Source of the DNA: a virus
IMG/VR virus record: IMGVR_UViG_3300034175_000017
Span: 17,357-81,356 of that record
Length of the DNA: 64,000 bases
Reading direction: 5' to 3' (one strand)
Position numbers and translations under genes: made by a program. Under the pieces are notes generated by a model. It ran no database searches and was not told where the DNA came from. It worked only from the letters and a program-made list of their open reading frames with translations. Shown piece by piece: positions 62,053 through 64,000 of the stretch. Every line of letters starts with the position of its first letter. Positions within the stretch are counted from its first letter, which is position 1.

Positions 62053-63225
62053 TTAGAACTCGTAGCCCTTCTTCACAGCGAGGGCCTCGACAACGTAGCG
62101 AGGAATGGTCTGGCAACCGATAGTAACCTTGCCCGGATAGACATTAACATCGTAAGTGCTGCCAGCGCCGCGCACTGTAATAGCTTCACGATAGCCATGC
62201 AGTCGCTCAGTGGTATTCCGCGTTGGCGTCGTGTTGGTCTTCCAGAAGGTCTTGGCGAAGTCCCACACCTGCTTGACCTGTGAATTGGTCAGAGCATAGG
62301 TGCCGTTGTAGACGGTGCCGGTCCGCAGCGTGTAGCCAACCAATGCATCCGTCACGCCAGCAGGCAACGTCTGGAACGGGTAGGCAGGCTTCGGCAGTTC
62401 AGGAAGCGTGAACGCCTCCTTGAACTTCGCCTTGAGGCTCTTCACCAAGTCGAGCGCCGCGATTTCCTCGGCAGTCAACTCGACGCCGCTGGTCTCGCCG
62501 GTCTTGACGAACTCCTTATAGCGAGCCTCGGCGTCGAACGACTCCTTCAAGTCCGAGACATACTTGACCGACAGGCCAAGCGTGCTGGCCGTGCTGGTCA
62601 GCGTGTCGAGGAAGGTGTGAGTGTCCACGTTGGTCGTGTTGCGAGCGGCAACCTCGATCAGCAGGTTCTTGCCCTGCGGAGCGGCGACGATGCGCTTGGT
62701 GACACGGCCTCGGACGACGATGCCGCCGACGACAGACAGATCGCCATAGTCGCCGTCGATCAGGTTGAGTGGGCCGGTGGGGGTAGGAGTTGAGGTGGTG
62801 GATTCAGTCACAGGTGATACCTTTTCAAAATGGTCAGAAGAAAAACCGCCGTCTACGCCGCTTGAGCCGTTTGTTCGCCAAGGCACAGGCACGTTGACGA
62901 CAATGTGGCCGTGCTCGTCTGCTCGGACAACATCGAACTCGTCGCCCGTCTTGAACCACTCGGGATAGTCCTTGACTGCACGAACTCGGTCGCCCGTATT
63001 GATAAGTTCGGGTGTGCTCACTGTTGGGATTACCTTTTCAAAGCGTGTGGGAAGGAAACCACCGTCCCCCTTGTCGGGGTTTTTAAGCGGTATGACGTAT
63101 AAGTAGCGGTCGTCGTTTCGGGCAACCTTAACTAGGTCGCCCACGTCGAACCACGAACCTACGCGCTCCACGGCGCGGAGGGTGTCGCCAACCTCCACGC
63201 CGTCAGTTGTTCTAAGTGCTGCCAT
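62053..63225 (-). CDS. Multidomain hypothetical protein with two N-terminal SH3-like repeats
   Basis: GD..RAV.....WF..GD...V.R.D ... DGGF....FEKV occurs twice. Confidence 0.75.
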   Translation of the reverse strand: MAALRTTDGVEVGDTLRAVERVGSWFDVGDLVKVARNDDRYLYVIPLKNPDKGDGGFLPTRFEKVIPTVSTPELINTGDRVRAVKDYPEWFKTGDEFDVVRADEHGHIVVNVPVPWRTNGSSGVDGGFSSDHFEKVSPVTESTTSTPTPTGPLNLIDGDYGDLSVVGGIVVRGRVTKRIVAAPQGKNLLIEVAARNTTNVDTHTFLDTLTSTASTLGLSVKYVSDLKESFDAEARYKEFVKTGETSGVELTAEEIAALDLVKSLKAKFKEAFTLPELPKPAYPFQTLPAGVTDALVGYTLRTGTVYNGTYALTNSQVKQVWDFAKTFWKTNTTPTRNTTERLHGYREAITVRGAGSTYDVNVYPGKVTIGCQTIPRYVVEALAVKKGYEF

Positions 63226-63227
63226 GT

Positions 63228-64000
63228 TTACTCCGTTGGATTGAGGAAGTGAAAGACACGCTGAATGCAGGCTGCTCCCTCGCCTGCTGCATTCGCAACT
63301 CGCTTGATGCTGCCAGCACGAATGTCGCCAACAGCGAACACACCGGCCTTGTTCGTCTCGAACACGTCGTTGGTGAGGATGAAGCCCTTTGCGTCCTGCT
63401 CAACGAGGCCGTCGAGGAAGTGGCAGTTGGGCGTGGCACCGACCATGACGTAAATGTCACTCACAGACAACGTGGAGCCGTCCTTGAAGATCATGCCGCC
63501 GACCTTGCCGTCCAGATTGGGCAGGATAGCTGCCGTGTCTGAATGGTAGTGAACGACGATGTTGGGCTGCTCCAAGATGCGGCTGTAGAGGTAGTGCGAC
63601 ATTTGCTTGGCAAGGTCGCCGCCTCGAATGACAAGGTGAACCTGCTTGCACTTGCCAGACAGGAACATCGCAGCCTGACCAGCAGAGTTGCCGCCACCGA
63701 CCACAGCCACAGTTTCATGGCCAGCGTGTCGCACAACGTCGGCAGTGCAAGCGTAGTGGATGCCCTTGCCCTCGAAAAGGATCGCCCAATCAGGGCGATT
63801 GTAATGAGCACCGCACGCCAGAATGAGCGAACGAGTTGAGAGCCGAGTGCCGCAGTCGAGGTGAACTTCAAAGCCGTCACGCAGCCGATCAACCGTGCCC
63901 TCATGGATCATTGCGCCGAACTTCTTGGCTTGCTTGCAGGCACGCTCGGTCAAGTTGGGACCGCTGATGCCGTCAGGAAAGCCAAGGAAGTTCTCGATGC
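63228..64000 (-). CDS. Thioredoxin reductase-like FAD/NAD(P)H oxidoreductase (5' end outside the window)
   Basis: IENFLGFPDGISG, VVGGGNSAGQAA, GVFAVGDIR, AAGEG; CxxC replaced by YACTAD. Confidence 0.88.
   Translation of the reverse strand, partial: IENFLGFPDGISGPNLTERACKQAKKFGAMIHEGTVDRLRDGFEVHLDCGTRLSTRSLILACGAHYNRPDWAILFEGKGIHYACTADVVRHAGHETVAVVGGGNSAGQAAMFLSGKCKQVHLVIRGGDLAKQMSHYLYSRILEQPNIVVHYHSDTAAILPNLDGKVGGMIFKDGSTLSVSDIYVMVGATPNCHFLDGLVEQDAKGFILTNDVFETNKAGVFAVGDIRAGSIKRVANAAGEGAACIQRVFHFLNPTE

Noticed and set aside
1-64000. CRISPR array, tRNA genes, stop-codon recoding
   Set aside because: No repeat-spacer pattern or cloverleaf found by eye; genes are full-length and tightly packed under the standard code. 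A tRNAscan/Infernal run would be needed to exclude small RNAs.

Overview
A 64 kb slice of a tailed dsDNA phage genome (long non-contractile, lambda-like tail gene set), truncated at both ends. The host is probably an alphaproteobacterium, possibly a sphingomonad; this is inferred from an outer-membrane beta-barrel gene and is not proven. 0.3-26.7 kb is the mostly plus-strand morphogenesis module: GpA-type terminase, portal, HslV-like peptidase, protease/scaffold, capsid, connectors, tail, tape measure and a J-like fibre. It has an unusual alternation of strands at 8.0-10.4 kb that includes an antisense tail-chaperone gene with a -1 frameshift site. 26.8-64 kb is almost all minus strand: nucleotide metabolism (ThyA, dUTPase, class II-type RNR, DUF5664, HD and MazG-like hydrolases, TrxB-like), replication/recombination (PolA, exonucleases, SbcCD, resolvase, SF2 helicase) and accessory genes (Mesh1-like alarmone hydrolase, RNA ligase, OMP, GH5 endoglucanase, GP88-like, rIIA/rIIB, WYL). 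A plus-strand lysis cassette is inserted at 30.7-33.1 kb. The strongest leads are (1) an ArfA-like basic peptide whose ORF runs through a terminator (non-stop mRNA logic), possibly part of a translation-protection set with the alarmone hydrolase and RNA ligase, (2) a multidomain GH5 cellulase with no signal peptide, (3) the interleaved antisense tail operon, (4) strand-specific leader hairpins next to a stand-alone WYL gene, and (5) two recurring intergenic DNA motifs. I saw no integrase, tRNA, CRISPR array or primase. All family assignments come from motif recognition by eye; no database search was run.
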